Notes: a model not told the origin generated them from the letters alone. A stretch of 20,000 nt of DNA from an uncultured virus (IMG/VR IMGVR_UViG_2811995091_000109) (IMGVR_UViG_2811995091_000109:56076-76075), one strand, 5' to 3'; positions 7,848 through 16,586 are shown, counted from the stretch's first letter. Program-made: numbers and translations.

Positions 7848-8981
7848 CTACCGATTTTTTTGTTCGATAACTACCTTCTTTCCATAAGGAAACTCTACAT
7901 CCTTATCTTGGTCACAGACGGCCCACAAAACTCGCGTCTTTGGCCTCGATGGAAAAGGAGCATATCCATCAGTAAACACTACCAATCCATCATATTTCAA
8001 CTCGTCTGCTAACTCAATCACAGGAGTAAAACATGTTCCTCCACGACCCACTATATCAATTTTACTTGCCTTCTTGCTAAAAGGTTTTGGGTCATCATAG
8101 ATTTGAGTATCAAACTGAACAAAGTCAACCTTTACATGGTCAATCATTCCATTTAATTCGGTAGCAAAATATTCCAACTGCGTGTCAGATACAGAGCCAG
8201 AAGTGTCAAAGGCTACCAATAACTTACTTGTATAGTTCCTCTTGGTGCCTGGAGAGGTAATTCCATATCGTCTATTAGGACGCATACGAGTAGACTTTCG
8301 ACCCATAAGAATTAACTTATTGATAAACCATCTAACCTCCTTCTTCCAGTTAACAATAGGCTTATTGGCTGCAATAATCTGTGCCGCAAGATTGCCGCTT
8401 ATATTGCCCCAACCCTTCTTTTCCTGCTCTTTGATTGCCTTCTCTGCAATATTCCTAATCTTTTCTTCTACAATATCATCGTCAAACTCATCCCACATAG
8501 AGTGGTCATCAACAGTATCTCCCTTGCCGTCAACAAGGGTATCAAAGTCTCCACCAGACTCTTTCTTTAGCTTTTCATAATACCATTCAGATGATTGATT
8601 ATCTTCTAGGTCAAACAGCCTTGGATACAAAGCTCCCTCGGGAAGTCCCTCAATATGACAATTAATGGCACAATCAGCAGCTATGTTGTAGCCGCGAGGA
8701 TTATATGCAAAATGCTTTGCCCTAGTAAGGTGATGAAGCAAAATATGAAGTGCCTCATGCTTTAAAACGCTTCGCAACTCTGTAGAGGACAGCTTTGAAA
8801 TAAAGTCTGGATTGTAATATAATGCAAGGTCAACACGACGAATAACCCCGACAGCAAGTGTCGGCACCTTGCTTGTTTCCTTTTTATTTAGATGAAGAAA
8901 TACCTCTCCATATAACGGCTGAAAAGTTACCAGCTTTGAAATTGCTGACTCCAACCTGTTTTTTACTTGTGTATTAGCCAT
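7848..8981 (-). CDS. Metallopeptidase-like (HExxH) plus vWA domain protein, MoxR partner (DUF2201-like)
   Basis: VLKHEALHILLHH, NIAADCAIN and DDHSMW, then vWA MIDAS FDTSGS, GRGGT and VFTDG. AGGAGG SD. Confidence 0.9.
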   Translation of the reverse strand: MANTQVKNRLESAISKLVTFQPLYGEVFLHLNKKETSKVPTLAVGVIRRVDLALYYNPDFISKLSSTELRSVLKHEALHILLHHLTRAKHFAYNPRGYNIAADCAINCHIEGLPEGALYPRLFDLEDNQSSEWYYEKLKKESGGDFDTLVDGKGDTVDDHSMWDEFDDDIVEEKIRNIAEKAIKEQEKKGWGNISGNLAAQIIAANKPIVNWKKEVRWFINKLILMGRKSTRMRPNRRYGITSPGTKRNYTSKLLVAFDTSGSVSDTQLEYFATELNGMIDHVKVDFVQFDTQIYDDPKPFSKKASKIDIVGRGGTCFTPVIELADELKYDGLVVFTDGYAPFPSRPKTRVLWAVCDQDKDVEFPYGKKVVIEQKNR

Positions 8982-9049
8982 GTATTAACCTCCTAAAAAA
9001 TAAGACACCTGTTGTCCCTGTGCCTAACCCGTGGGGATGAATATTGAGA

Positions 9050-10126
9050 TTAAGAAGAGAGATAAATCTTCTTCAAATGCTCGCGGAAATCTTCATCATT
9101 CTGCCATTCCATAACAATCTTCTTGCTCTTTTGTCCACCCAATAGGGCAACCCAAGCCTGCGATGCAACATCGCATGGAAGCATCATAAAGAATTCTCTC
9201 AAATTCTTTCTCTGCTTTTCCTTCGTCTTGGTCAAAGAACGCTCATTAACCTCTGCCACAACTGAACGGGAAAGAGCGGCAACTACTTCAATGTCATTAC
9301 AAGCAGCTTCAACCTTATCCTTTACCTTCTCAAAGTCATCAAGAATATCAGAAGGACGCAAGTGTGAGAATTCGTTGGTAAGAAACTTCTGAAACATTAC
9401 AGCAATCTCTCGACCAACCCAGCCCTTTGTAACCTGTGTTAACATACCATCATCAGTGCGAGAATCAAGCCCCATGCCAATAAGAGTATCGCTAAAGGCA
9501 ACCCAACTTCTGCGGGAAGGATAAATCCTTCCAGCTTCAAGGTTTCCTACCGGCGGGTCTAACAGGTTTTGATTGCGGTTGATAAATTCAACAACTGCTT
9601 CGTGTACTTCTGTCTCCCTTGCCCATTCCATCCACTCATTAGCAGAGGGGTCAAAGTCGATATGAAACCACCTATCATGTAGGGCCGGGTCTAGCTCAAC
9701 AACATCATAATCATCATCGGAGTTAACCGCAGATACAACGCGCCAGCCAGGAGGCAACTCTTCTCCATCCAAACGACGGTCCAAGCAGATCTCAAAGACT
9801 GCTTGAAGAACATCTTTTGATGCTCGATTCAATTCGTCAAAGAACAAGATTCCTTGACTATCCATATCTCTCGGCCACCACTCTTGCTTGAGGAAACGAG
9901 TAATCTGTTCCTTTGCATCCAATAGCGGCATACCTTTAATGTCACCAACTTCACATTGAGACAGACGAACATCCCAAAAGCCACAAGGCTTTCCGCTTTC
10001 TTCTGCAATCTCTTCTGTGACCTGACGCACAACTGACGACTTACCTACACCGTGCTTCGCATGAAGCATGATAGACTTGTCGTTTGGCATTGACTTCAAA
10101 ATCTCTTTAGTTTGATCAATATTCAC
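9050..10126 (-). CDS. MoxR-like AAA+ ATPase
   Basis: Walker A variant HAKHGVGKS, DIKGMP, Walker B ILFFDELNRA, sensor-1 AVN, LDPALHDRW and PSRRSW. GTG start with AAGGAGA SD. Directly upstream of the vWA gene. Confidence 0.92.
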   Translation of the reverse strand: MNIDQTKEILKSMPNDKSIMLHAKHGVGKSSVVRQVTEEIAEESGKPCGFWDVRLSQCEVGDIKGMPLLDAKEQITRFLKQEWWPRDMDSQGILFFDELNRASKDVLQAVFEICLDRRLDGEELPPGWRVVSAVNSDDDYDVVELDPALHDRWFHIDFDPSANEWMEWARETEVHEAVVEFINRNQNLLDPPVGNLEAGRIYPSRRSWVAFSDTLIGMGLDSRTDDGMLTQVTKGWVGREIAVMFQKFLTNEFSHLRPSDILDDFEKVKDKVEAACNDIEVVAALSRSVVAEVNERSLTKTKEKQRKNLREFFMMLPCDVASQAWVALLGGQKSKKIVMEWQNDEDFREHLKKIYLSS

Positions 10127-10214
10127 TGTTTATCTCCTTTCAGCAAGAATCAATAAATATGGAGAAACCTCCACAGGTTTTAGTAGTTGATGTAAAAACA
10201 GATTTAAAAAAAGG

Positions 10215-10568
10215 TTATTCATCATTAACTTGTGCTTCAAGAGCCTCGTCTGGTAGGTCTGCAATAGCAGACTTTATTCCTGACAAACGCTCTCTAAAAT
10301 CTTTTAGAGAGCCAACCAATTCTGTTAATGATGCTGGATCACTCCCGACTGCACTCAGCTGTTCTGAATTCAATTGCGAAGGCATAAGGGCTGACAAAGT
10401 ATCCTTGATAGAATTCAATCCATCCTTCCCGAACAATCCGCTTTCATCAGAAAGAATACTATCTGCAAACCCGGTTGCATCTTCAAATCTTTCTTCTATA
10501 TTAGAAAGCCTACCCTCAATTAAAGATAGTTTTTCTAAAACTTCATTCTCAAATGAACTTTCTGACAT
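10215..10568 (-). CDS. Acidic, helical/coiled-coil hypothetical protein (117 aa)
   Basis: AGGAG SD. Heptad-like segments LEKLSLIEGRLSNIEERFE and LVGSLKDFRERLSGIKSAIA. Confidence 0.75.
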   Translation of the reverse strand: MSESSFENEVLEKLSLIEGRLSNIEERFEDATGFADSILSDESGLFGKDGLNSIKDTLSALMPSQLNSEQLSAVGSDPASLTELVGSLKDFRERLSGIKSAIADLPDEALEAQVNDE

Positions 10569-10576
10569 TTTTACTC

Positions 10577-11677
10577 CTATTGTTTGGTCCCAAAGGCATG
10601 AGACTCTTCTAATGCAGAAGAAGTAAGTCTTATAAAGACAGAGTTTCTTCTTAGTTCTTCTATGTTTTTTGCATTAGCATAAGTCATAGCAGACCTAAGC
10701 CCTCCGCAAAACTCTTCCAATATATAATACGCTTTTCCTTTTAAAGAAACATATGTAGAAACACCCTCGGCACAAGTGCCGGGTCTTAATCCGCCCTTTC
10801 TATCGTCTTGAACTTCTTTAGACGCCATACCTCTATAAACTTTCATTCTCTTTTCATTTATAACAACAATCTCGCCTGGAGACTCCAGTGTTCCCGCAAA
10901 TATCCTTCCCGCTATTACTGCATCAGCACCAGCCACAAGACTCTTTACAAGGTCTGCCGGATACTTAACTCCACCATCTGCAATGATAGATACATTTTTA
11001 AAATTAGAATTTGATTCTTTTGCCTTACGACAGTCTATAACGGATGTTAAAGTCGGAACCCCAAAGCCTGTCATAATCCTTGTCTTGCAAATAGAGCCGC
11101 CGCCTATTCCAACTCTAATGGCATCAGCACCAGCTTCTGCAAGAAAAGCAAACCCTTCTCCAGTGGCTACGTTTCCAACTAAAAGAGGAATATCTGAATG
11201 AGTTTCGTTTTTAACCCAATCTATCATTTCTCTCATTATAGAAGAGTGACCATTCGCTATATCTATAGCAATCCAATCTATATCTTTTTTAAACTCAGAA
11301 TAGATAGTACGAAGTCTTTGCTTTTCCTTTTTTCCTACACCAATAGCTACAGCTATTGGTGCGTAATTATTTTCCTCATTCATATTATTGTAATCAACTA
11401 AATAAGAAACTTCTTTGGCCTGTTCCGTGGGAGGCATGAATCTATGAACTATGCCCATCGCACCACGGCTTCCAAGAGATATAGCCATTTCGTGACCAGT
11501 AACGGTATCCATAGGAGAAGATATTATTGGAATATTCAAAGTAAACGGACCTAATTTAGATGCCAAACTAGGATCAAGTCTAGACTTGATTGTTGAATAC
11601 CTTGGAACCAACATTACGTCATCAAAGGATGGAGGCTCTCCTGATTCATTTAAAGACAAAGGTGACCACATTTTCAT
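10577..11677 (-). CDS. IMP dehydrogenase/GMP reductase family protein lacking CBS domains (probably GMP reductase)
   Basis: FDDVMLVP, PIISSPMDTVT, IDIANGHS, GNVAT, catalytic loop VGIGGGSICKTR, IIADGG, GADAV, YRGMAS, AEGV and GGLRSAMTY. No CBS insert and no Arg-Tyr dyad in the flap. Family is secure; specific activity is inferred. Confidence 0.9.
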   Translation of the reverse strand: MKMWSPLSLNESGEPPSFDDVMLVPRYSTIKSRLDPSLASKLGPFTLNIPIISSPMDTVTGHEMAISLGSRGAMGIVHRFMPPTEQAKEVSYLVDYNNMNEENNYAPIAVAIGVGKKEKQRLRTIYSEFKKDIDWIAIDIANGHSSIMREMIDWVKNETHSDIPLLVGNVATGEGFAFLAEAGADAIRVGIGGGSICKTRIMTGFGVPTLTSVIDCRKAKESNSNFKNVSIIADGGVKYPADLVKSLVAGADAVIAGRIFAGTLESPGEIVVINEKRMKVYRGMASKEVQDDRKGGLRPGTCAEGVSTYVSLKGKAYYILEEFCGGLRSAMTYANAKNIEELRRNSVFIRLTSSALEESHAFGTKQ

Positions 11678-12300
11678 TTTGTTGCCTCATAATATCTTTG
11701 AAATGACATAGAAAAGTTCTCTGCTCCTGCTGGCCAATGAGTAGCAACACATAATCTATTCCACCAATAGTGACCCATTTCGTGAACAAAGATAATGTTT
11801 AACATATGCCCCTCAAAATTTGATACAAGAATAGCTGATTCATTTTGCACCCTCGTCGTTGGATCAAAAAGACCATAAATCCCGGTAGTCTTTTGAGGAT
11901 TCTTTGTCCAAAACTCAGCAAATCTAACTTCATCCAATAATATATTTGTATTCACAGCAAATATATTTAAATTATATTCTATATGTCTACAATCTCTAGT
12001 GGGAATCTCTTGCTCTTCTAAATAACGTTTTAATATTGGCCAAGAACTTGTAATTAGACTGCTTAAATAATCTGGATTAAATTCTGTATATAGATCAGAA
12101 TAAATCCGCCCACCACCAGTTTGGTATGAAAAAGAAACATCTATGCTTCTATCACTAAGCTCTATAATAGATGCTCTGGCCTCTATGGTTGGAACATCAG
12201 ATATAATCCTCGGCTTATAAGGTTCGGCTATTGCAAGTCCAGGCAATATGCAACATACTAATGCAAATTTAAGAATCCCTATTCTTTTGTGTTCTTTCAT
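11674..12300 (-). CDS. Putative exported HExxH zinc-metallopeptidase-like protein
   Basis: From ATG 12300 (AGGGG SD-like): basic N-region MKEHKR, hydrophobic IGILKFALVCCILPGL and A-I-A|E cleavage-like site. C-terminal FVHEMGHYWW...GAENFS. The track start (12333) is probably too long. Confidence 0.6.
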   Translation of the reverse strand: MKEHKRIGILKFALVCCILPGLAIAEPYKPRIISDVPTIEARASIIELSDRSIDVSFSYQTGGGRIYSDLYTEFNPDYLSSLITSSWPILKRYLEEQEIPTRDCRHIEYNLNIFAVNTNILLDEVRFAEFWTKNPQKTTGIYGLFDPTTRVQNESAILVSNFEGHMLNIIFVHEMGHYWWNRLCVATHWPAGAENFSMSFQRYYEATK

Positions 12301-12460
12301 TATAAAACCCCTTAGTTCGACCCAACACCTCAATCTTTAGGCATGGATTCATTTTTAGCATTTCTACATGCTCTAAGGGAACTTTGTTGTGAACGTAAAC
12401 AGCTTTAGTCTCAGTATTTGTCACTCTTATCTTTAACATAATATTGTTATCATTTGCCAT
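12269..12460 (-). CDS. Small hypothetical protein (63 aa)
   Basis: AGGA SD, co-oriented, fills the gap; no known motif. Confidence 0.6.
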   Translation of the reverse strand: MANDNNIMLKIRVTNTETKAVYVHNKVPLEHVEMLKMNPCLKIEVLGRTKGFYNERTQKNRDS

Positions 12461-12475
12461 TTTAAATTCCTATTC

Positions 12476-13387
12476 TCAGTCAGAATCAATCATTCTTTGC
12501 AACCTATTTGCAAGGTAATAATGCTTCGATGCAGAGGGCATCAACCAAGGTAAATTATCCTTAGAGAGACAGTCTAACAGGTTGGATACCACCTCTCTGT
12601 CAGTGCAGTCTACGAATAGAATAATCTTCCTTTCGGTTTCGTCAACCTTTTTTTGATAATACGCTGCCGTTTCCAAAGAATCCTGCGTATTTTTTCTCTC
12701 AAGCCTTTCTATCTGATACTTTTGATCTGCAATCTGCCTAGAGAGCCTGTCTGTCGTTAATCTCTTAACGTTTTTAGGACTTGACTTTGCAATCTTCTTC
12801 AAAAGAGAATCAGAGACTGATTCATTGCCAAAGGCATGATCTAAGATATTAAGCTTAATCTGCACAGAACCCTTCTGTCTTTTTACCTTACTCCACAAGT
12901 AATCATAAAAAGCAGAATCCATAGAAGAGTTTAAGCCTGCATTGCGCCAACGCTCATACAAATTTTTCTTTTCAGAGTCTAAAGCGAATTCGCACAACTT
13001 TGTTAAATAATCGAACGAAGGGTCAACAATCGGCAACAATCTAATTTTAAGATCATTATCCTCTATCTCTTCATTATCTTCAATGGCATCAAAGATATGC
13101 TTTGCCGCATTAACAGAAAACTCTTTTGTAAGAGACTCTATCCTAGTAGAGCTAGATGATATATTGCAAATCACAGTAAGCAACTCGCCCCTAGTGTCAG
13201 GATAGTTGTCCCATATAAATCCAAAAGTATCATTGTTAATGATCTTTTCTGCATCAGAATTCCTCCAATAGCAGCCTAAATCACTTACAGCATGGGGTAG
13301 TGCATACCTTAAAACTGTACTAATAAAGTCGTGCCCTAAATCAAAATCACTATTAAAAGTTACTTTTTCAAAAATCTTTTCAGACAT
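12476..13387 (-). CDS. Hypothetical alpha-helical protein (303 aa)
   Basis: Long ORF with AGGAG SD, closely spaced with neighbours. No catalytic motif recognised. Confidence 0.8.
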   Translation of the reverse strand: MSEKIFEKVTFNSDFDLGHDFISTVLRYALPHAVSDLGCYWRNSDAEKIINNDTFGFIWDNYPDTRGELLTVICNISSSSTRIESLTKEFSVNAAKHIFDAIEDNEEIEDNDLKIRLLPIVDPSFDYLTKLCEFALDSEKKNLYERWRNAGLNSSMDSAFYDYLWSKVKRQKGSVQIKLNILDHAFGNESVSDSLLKKIAKSSPKNVKRLTTDRLSRQIADQKYQIERLERKNTQDSLETAAYYQKKVDETERKIILFVDCTDREVVSNLLDCLSKDNLPWLMPSASKHYYLANRLQRMIDSD

Positions 13388-13395
13388 ATCTACTC

Positions 13396-14124
13396 CTATC
13401 GTCCAGAGGAAATTCTTTGTTCAAACAAGTTGGAAACCCACCTATCTTTAACATTTCTGTTTGCAAGAAGCATAGGCAAATAATCAAGAGGTATCTTCTT
13501 AATAAGAAGAGAAAACGGTGATCTAGCAATCTCTCTTGTTAAAGAGATTAGCTTTTTATAATCATAAGGCGCTCTAGCGATTCCTTCATATCTAATGTCT
13601 GCAATACTATCACTAAGCATTTCATCTAAGCACTCAACAGGGCCGAGTCTATTAAAGTAAACCTTTCTTACTTTAGAACTCTTGTGCCCCTTTAAAGACC
13701 TTAGAGTCTTAATGCTGCAGTATTGAGCGGCGATAATCTGACTGTTGCCGCTTCCGTTTTCAGCAACATAGTCTATAGAGGAAACATTCTTATAGATACC
13801 ATTATTAATCAGAATACACTTAACCTGATCAACCTCGGATTTCCTTAGCAGTTTGTCGCTAATTTCTATATGAAGAGGCAACGTATATTCTAAGATTTTT
13901 TCTGCTGCCCACTTGCCACGATTCCATCGTGAAGTAGACTCAAACTCAAAAGCTTCTTGAAAAATACTTTGCTCCAAACAAATTCTTTCAAGATCTTTTT
14001 GCTTTATAGTTTTACTTAGACTCTCTAAAGCTGCATCAAAGGTTTGCCAATCACTCTCGTTTATTACGCTTCTGATGTTATCAATTAGACTCTTTAGGCT
14101 TGGACTCATTCTCTTTTGGCTCAT
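13396..14124 (-). CDS. Hypothetical alpha-helical protein (242 aa), possible HEAT/LRV-like repeats
   Basis: GGAG SD inside the upstream gene. Recurrent 'L..H/D.S..[VI]R' units (LKGHKSSKVR, MLSDSIADIR). Confidence 0.75.
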   Translation of the reverse strand: MSQKRMSPSLKSLIDNIRSVINESDWQTFDAALESLSKTIKQKDLERICLEQSIFQEAFEFESTSRWNRGKWAAEKILEYTLPLHIEISDKLLRKSEVDQVKCILINNGIYKNVSSIDYVAENGSGNSQIIAAQYCSIKTLRSLKGHKSSKVRKVYFNRLGPVECLDEMLSDSIADIRYEGIARAPYDYKKLISLTREIARSPFSLLIKKIPLDYLPMLLANRNVKDRWVSNLFEQRISSGR

Positions 14125-14956
14125 TAGTTTCTCCAGTAGTTAATTCAGACAAATCAGTTATTCTAAAGCCAGATGCGTTCTTATGACCGCCGCCTCCAAA
14201 TACAGCAGCAACCTTGGAAACATCTTCTCCATCTTCTTTCGACCGTAATGAAAAATTATATACTTCTCCATTAAAATAATACGCTGCCGCAAATGGCTGG
14301 CCTTCCGCTAAAGCAGAAGCCATTTCAGATTGAAAAAATGGCGCATTAACAATTGGTATCTCTTTTCCTAAGATATTTGTAATATAATGATTTTTAATAA
14401 GAGTTTTAATCAAGTTTCTTTTATATTGCAAAATACCTTCTCCCATAGTTTTTACACGCTTCCATCTAATAGATTCTGCTGCGTCTAAATAACCATGAAG
14501 CATATCCCAATTTTCAAAAGTTTTCTCAAAAGAATCTACGGCAGATAAAATCTCTTCTGCATGTGACAACTCCCACTTCCATAAATCTCTATCTTCAACA
14601 TACTTAATTAGAAGTGGAACATTATCATCTGGAAACAAATGATTCCAGGCCAAATAAGCTCCAGAATGATTCATATCAAAATGACAAAATGGCAAGTCTC
14701 CACAACTCTCTTCTGCTGACTTATGATGATCTAATACGATTAGGCTTTTTGCCTCTTGTTCCATTTCGAGCATTATAGTCCGATCATATGAAAAGTCAAC
14801 AATAAAAACATTTCGATCTTTAACGTCGGGTCTTTCGTGCCCATGAGTCACCGGAAAGTACTCAGCATTTAATCCAAACTTTCTCCAGAAAGACCATGCT
14901 GCACCAAAACCATCAGGGCAGTTAGCATGGTATAAAACCATTATTTTTTCTGACAT
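14081..14956 (-). CDS. DHH/DHHA1 family phosphoesterase (NrnB/nanoRNase-like, phage type)
   Basis: YHANCPDGFGAA, IVDFS, LDHHKSA, SGA, EDRDLWKW, SLRS and FGGGGHKNASGF. Confidence 0.92.
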   Translation of the reverse strand: MSEKIMVLYHANCPDGFGAAWSFWRKFGLNAEYFPVTHGHERPDVKDRNVFIVDFSYDRTIMLEMEQEAKSLIVLDHHKSAEESCGDLPFCHFDMNHSGAYLAWNHLFPDDNVPLLIKYVEDRDLWKWELSHAEEILSAVDSFEKTFENWDMLHGYLDAAESIRWKRVKTMGEGILQYKRNLIKTLIKNHYITNILGKEIPIVNAPFFQSEMASALAEGQPFAAAYYFNGEVYNFSLRSKEDGEDVSKVAAVFGGGGHKNASGFRITDLSELTTGETNEPKENESKPKESN

Positions 14957-14958
14957 TA

Positions 14959-15975
14959 TTAAATTTCCTTTGGCGAATGAGAGAATCTAATAAATTCTAT
15001 TAGAGGCGACCTTTCTCGCACACTTCTCTCAATATAGGCAGTCATTTCATCTAAACTTAAGAATCTAACTAACTTACCACCATAACTTAATCTAAACTGT
15101 CCTAACTTTTTCATAACGTCACACTTGCTTACAACAAGATGCGTGGTTCCAGTAATATTAACAGCTTTAATTAGCATATCTAAGTTTAACCAATTTACTT
15201 TTCTTCTTCTGCCTGTGGTTACTCCAAACTCTTCACCTAAATCTGCAAGAACTTTTAAAACAGGATCATCAAAAAGTCTAAAAGGAAACCTTGGATCTTC
15301 TCCGCTCCTTGTGTCATAAATCTTTGCAGCCCCCCAAACACTTTCAATCTTTTGCGCCGGAAAGCCAATACTGCAAGCGCCATAAGGCAAAGTTACACTA
15401 GATGTAACATACGGATAAAGGCCGTGGTCTATATCTAACCAAACACCTTGAGCGCCTTCACATAGAAGATTGCCTTCTAAAGTTTCGTCCCAAATATATT
15501 CACTTTCTAATACATCAACAGCAAGAGAACCAACTCTAGCTGCCTTATCAGCATAGCAAGGGGCTATGCCTCTGCTTGTTGTTCCCAGCTTCTTTGCTAA
15601 ATGCTTTCTATCAAATGCTATATGCTTTTCAGTTACAATGTGACAATTTGGAGCAACCTTAATAAGAGAGGTATCAAATCCATTATTAGCAAGATAATCT
15701 AACTCTTTATAAAAAGACTCTGGATGCAAAACGCAACCGGGACCAACCAAAGATTGGACTCCATAAAAAACACCGGATGGAACAAGATGGGTTTTATACT
15801 TTTTTTCATTTACATAAACTGTATGTCCAGCGTTGTTTCCGCCGCCCCATCTTGCAACCATATCATAAAGCGGCAACCCATCTTCTCCGATGGTTGAAGC
15901 TAGCTGGCTAGTGATCTTTCCTTTTGCTTCATCACCCCAAGCTAACCCAACCACTACGTCGGCCTTATTGATCAT
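14959..15975 (-). CDS. purA: Adenylosuccinate synthetase (short form)
   Basis: WGDEAKGK (catalytic Asp retained), GGNNAGHT, GTTSRGI, EGAQG..LDID.G.YPYVTSS, GVTTGRRR and KCDV. Start ATG 15975 with GAGGGG SD gives ~338 aa. Confidence 0.93.
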   Translation of the reverse strand: MINKADVVVGLAWGDEAKGKITSQLASTIGEDGLPLYDMVARWGGGNNAGHTVYVNEKKYKTHLVPSGVFYGVQSLVGPGCVLHPESFYKELDYLANNGFDTSLIKVAPNCHIVTEKHIAFDRKHLAKKLGTTSRGIAPCYADKAARVGSLAVDVLESEYIWDETLEGNLLCEGAQGVWLDIDHGLYPYVTSSVTLPYGACSIGFPAQKIESVWGAAKIYDTRSGEDPRFPFRLFDDPVLKVLADLGEEFGVTTGRRRKVNWLNLDMLIKAVNITGTTHLVVSKCDVMKKLGQFRLSYGGKLVRFLSLDEMTAYIERSVRERSPLIEFIRFSHSPKEI

Positions 15976-16555
15976 TGTTCCCCTCTTCAAATTCTGATAA
16001 AATATTTATAACCTTTTTAATTTTACTGGGGCGGCGCAGAAAAGTAATACCTTCTTTATGAGCAGAGACAGTTGCTGTAAATGTAATGGTATCACCTACG
16101 TTGAAGCTATGAGCCTTAGATGTTTTGAAGTACCACTTCCAACCTCTTTCATCAACACAGATAATGGCTGGCATAGGATACTGTGATTCCATATTTGCTT
16201 TAGCAATCTTACAAACAGCAAGAGGACCGAAGTCTGCCCTTGTCTTTTCTTCAATGTCTGGCTCATCCAATAGGGTTCCTTTAACGATTGAGTCAACCCA
16301 ACTGTTAATAGAGCCAATCCACTTATCGGTCAGCCTATGTGGTCGTTCCAAAATAACTTCAATGCTTGATTCAAGAAAACCATTGTTTGGACTTTCTTGC
16401 CTCTTTACAGCAAGCAGAGGGATTGCCATAGGGTTTAATTGCTCAAGCTTTTCCTGACCAGCCTTAGCTAAATCTATAGACTTAACAGCCTTCTTTGTTT
16501 TAGACTGCTTTCGTCTATTTTTCTTCCTTTTGCCGTCATCAAAGATATTTATCAT
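15965..16555 (-). CDS. Hypothetical protein with a basic N-terminus and possible C-terminal OB-fold
   Basis: Lys/Arg-rich N-terminus. The C-terminal beta-rich pattern D..G....FKT......GDTITFTATVSAH...T.L.RP is reminiscent of phage OB-fold proteins; fold is inferred. Confidence 0.65.
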   Translation of the reverse strand: MINIFDDGKRKKNRRKQSKTKKAVKSIDLAKAGQEKLEQLNPMAIPLLAVKRQESPNNGFLESSIEVILERPHRLTDKWIGSINSWVDSIVKGTLLDEPDIEEKTRADFGPLAVCKIAKANMESQYPMPAIICVDERGWKWYFKTSKAHSFNVGDTITFTATVSAHKEGITFLRRPSKIKKVINILSEFEEGNNDQ

Positions 16556-16586
16556 AAGAAAACCCCATACTTATCCAGTATGAGGT
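16556..16586 (-). terminator. Terminator-like hairpin directly abutting the start of the 196-aa gene
   Basis: Minus strand reads ACCTCATACT-GGATA-AGTATGGGGT (10-bp stem with one G-U pair), then TTTCTT, then ATG (16555). Confidence 0.55.

Noticed and set aside
7848..10126. CobS/CobT cobaltochelatase assignment for the AAA+/vWA pair
   Set aside because: The partner has the HExxH-peptidase plus short vWA architecture, and no cobalamin genes are nearby.
14959..15975. PurZ (2-aminoadenine, Z-genome) system
   Set aside because: The catalytic Asp is retained (WGDE, whereas PurZ has Ser as in GSTGKG) and TTGRRR keeps the PurA Arg. No DatZ (HD) or MazZ-like gene is recognisable in the window; the neighbour is a DHH-family enzyme.
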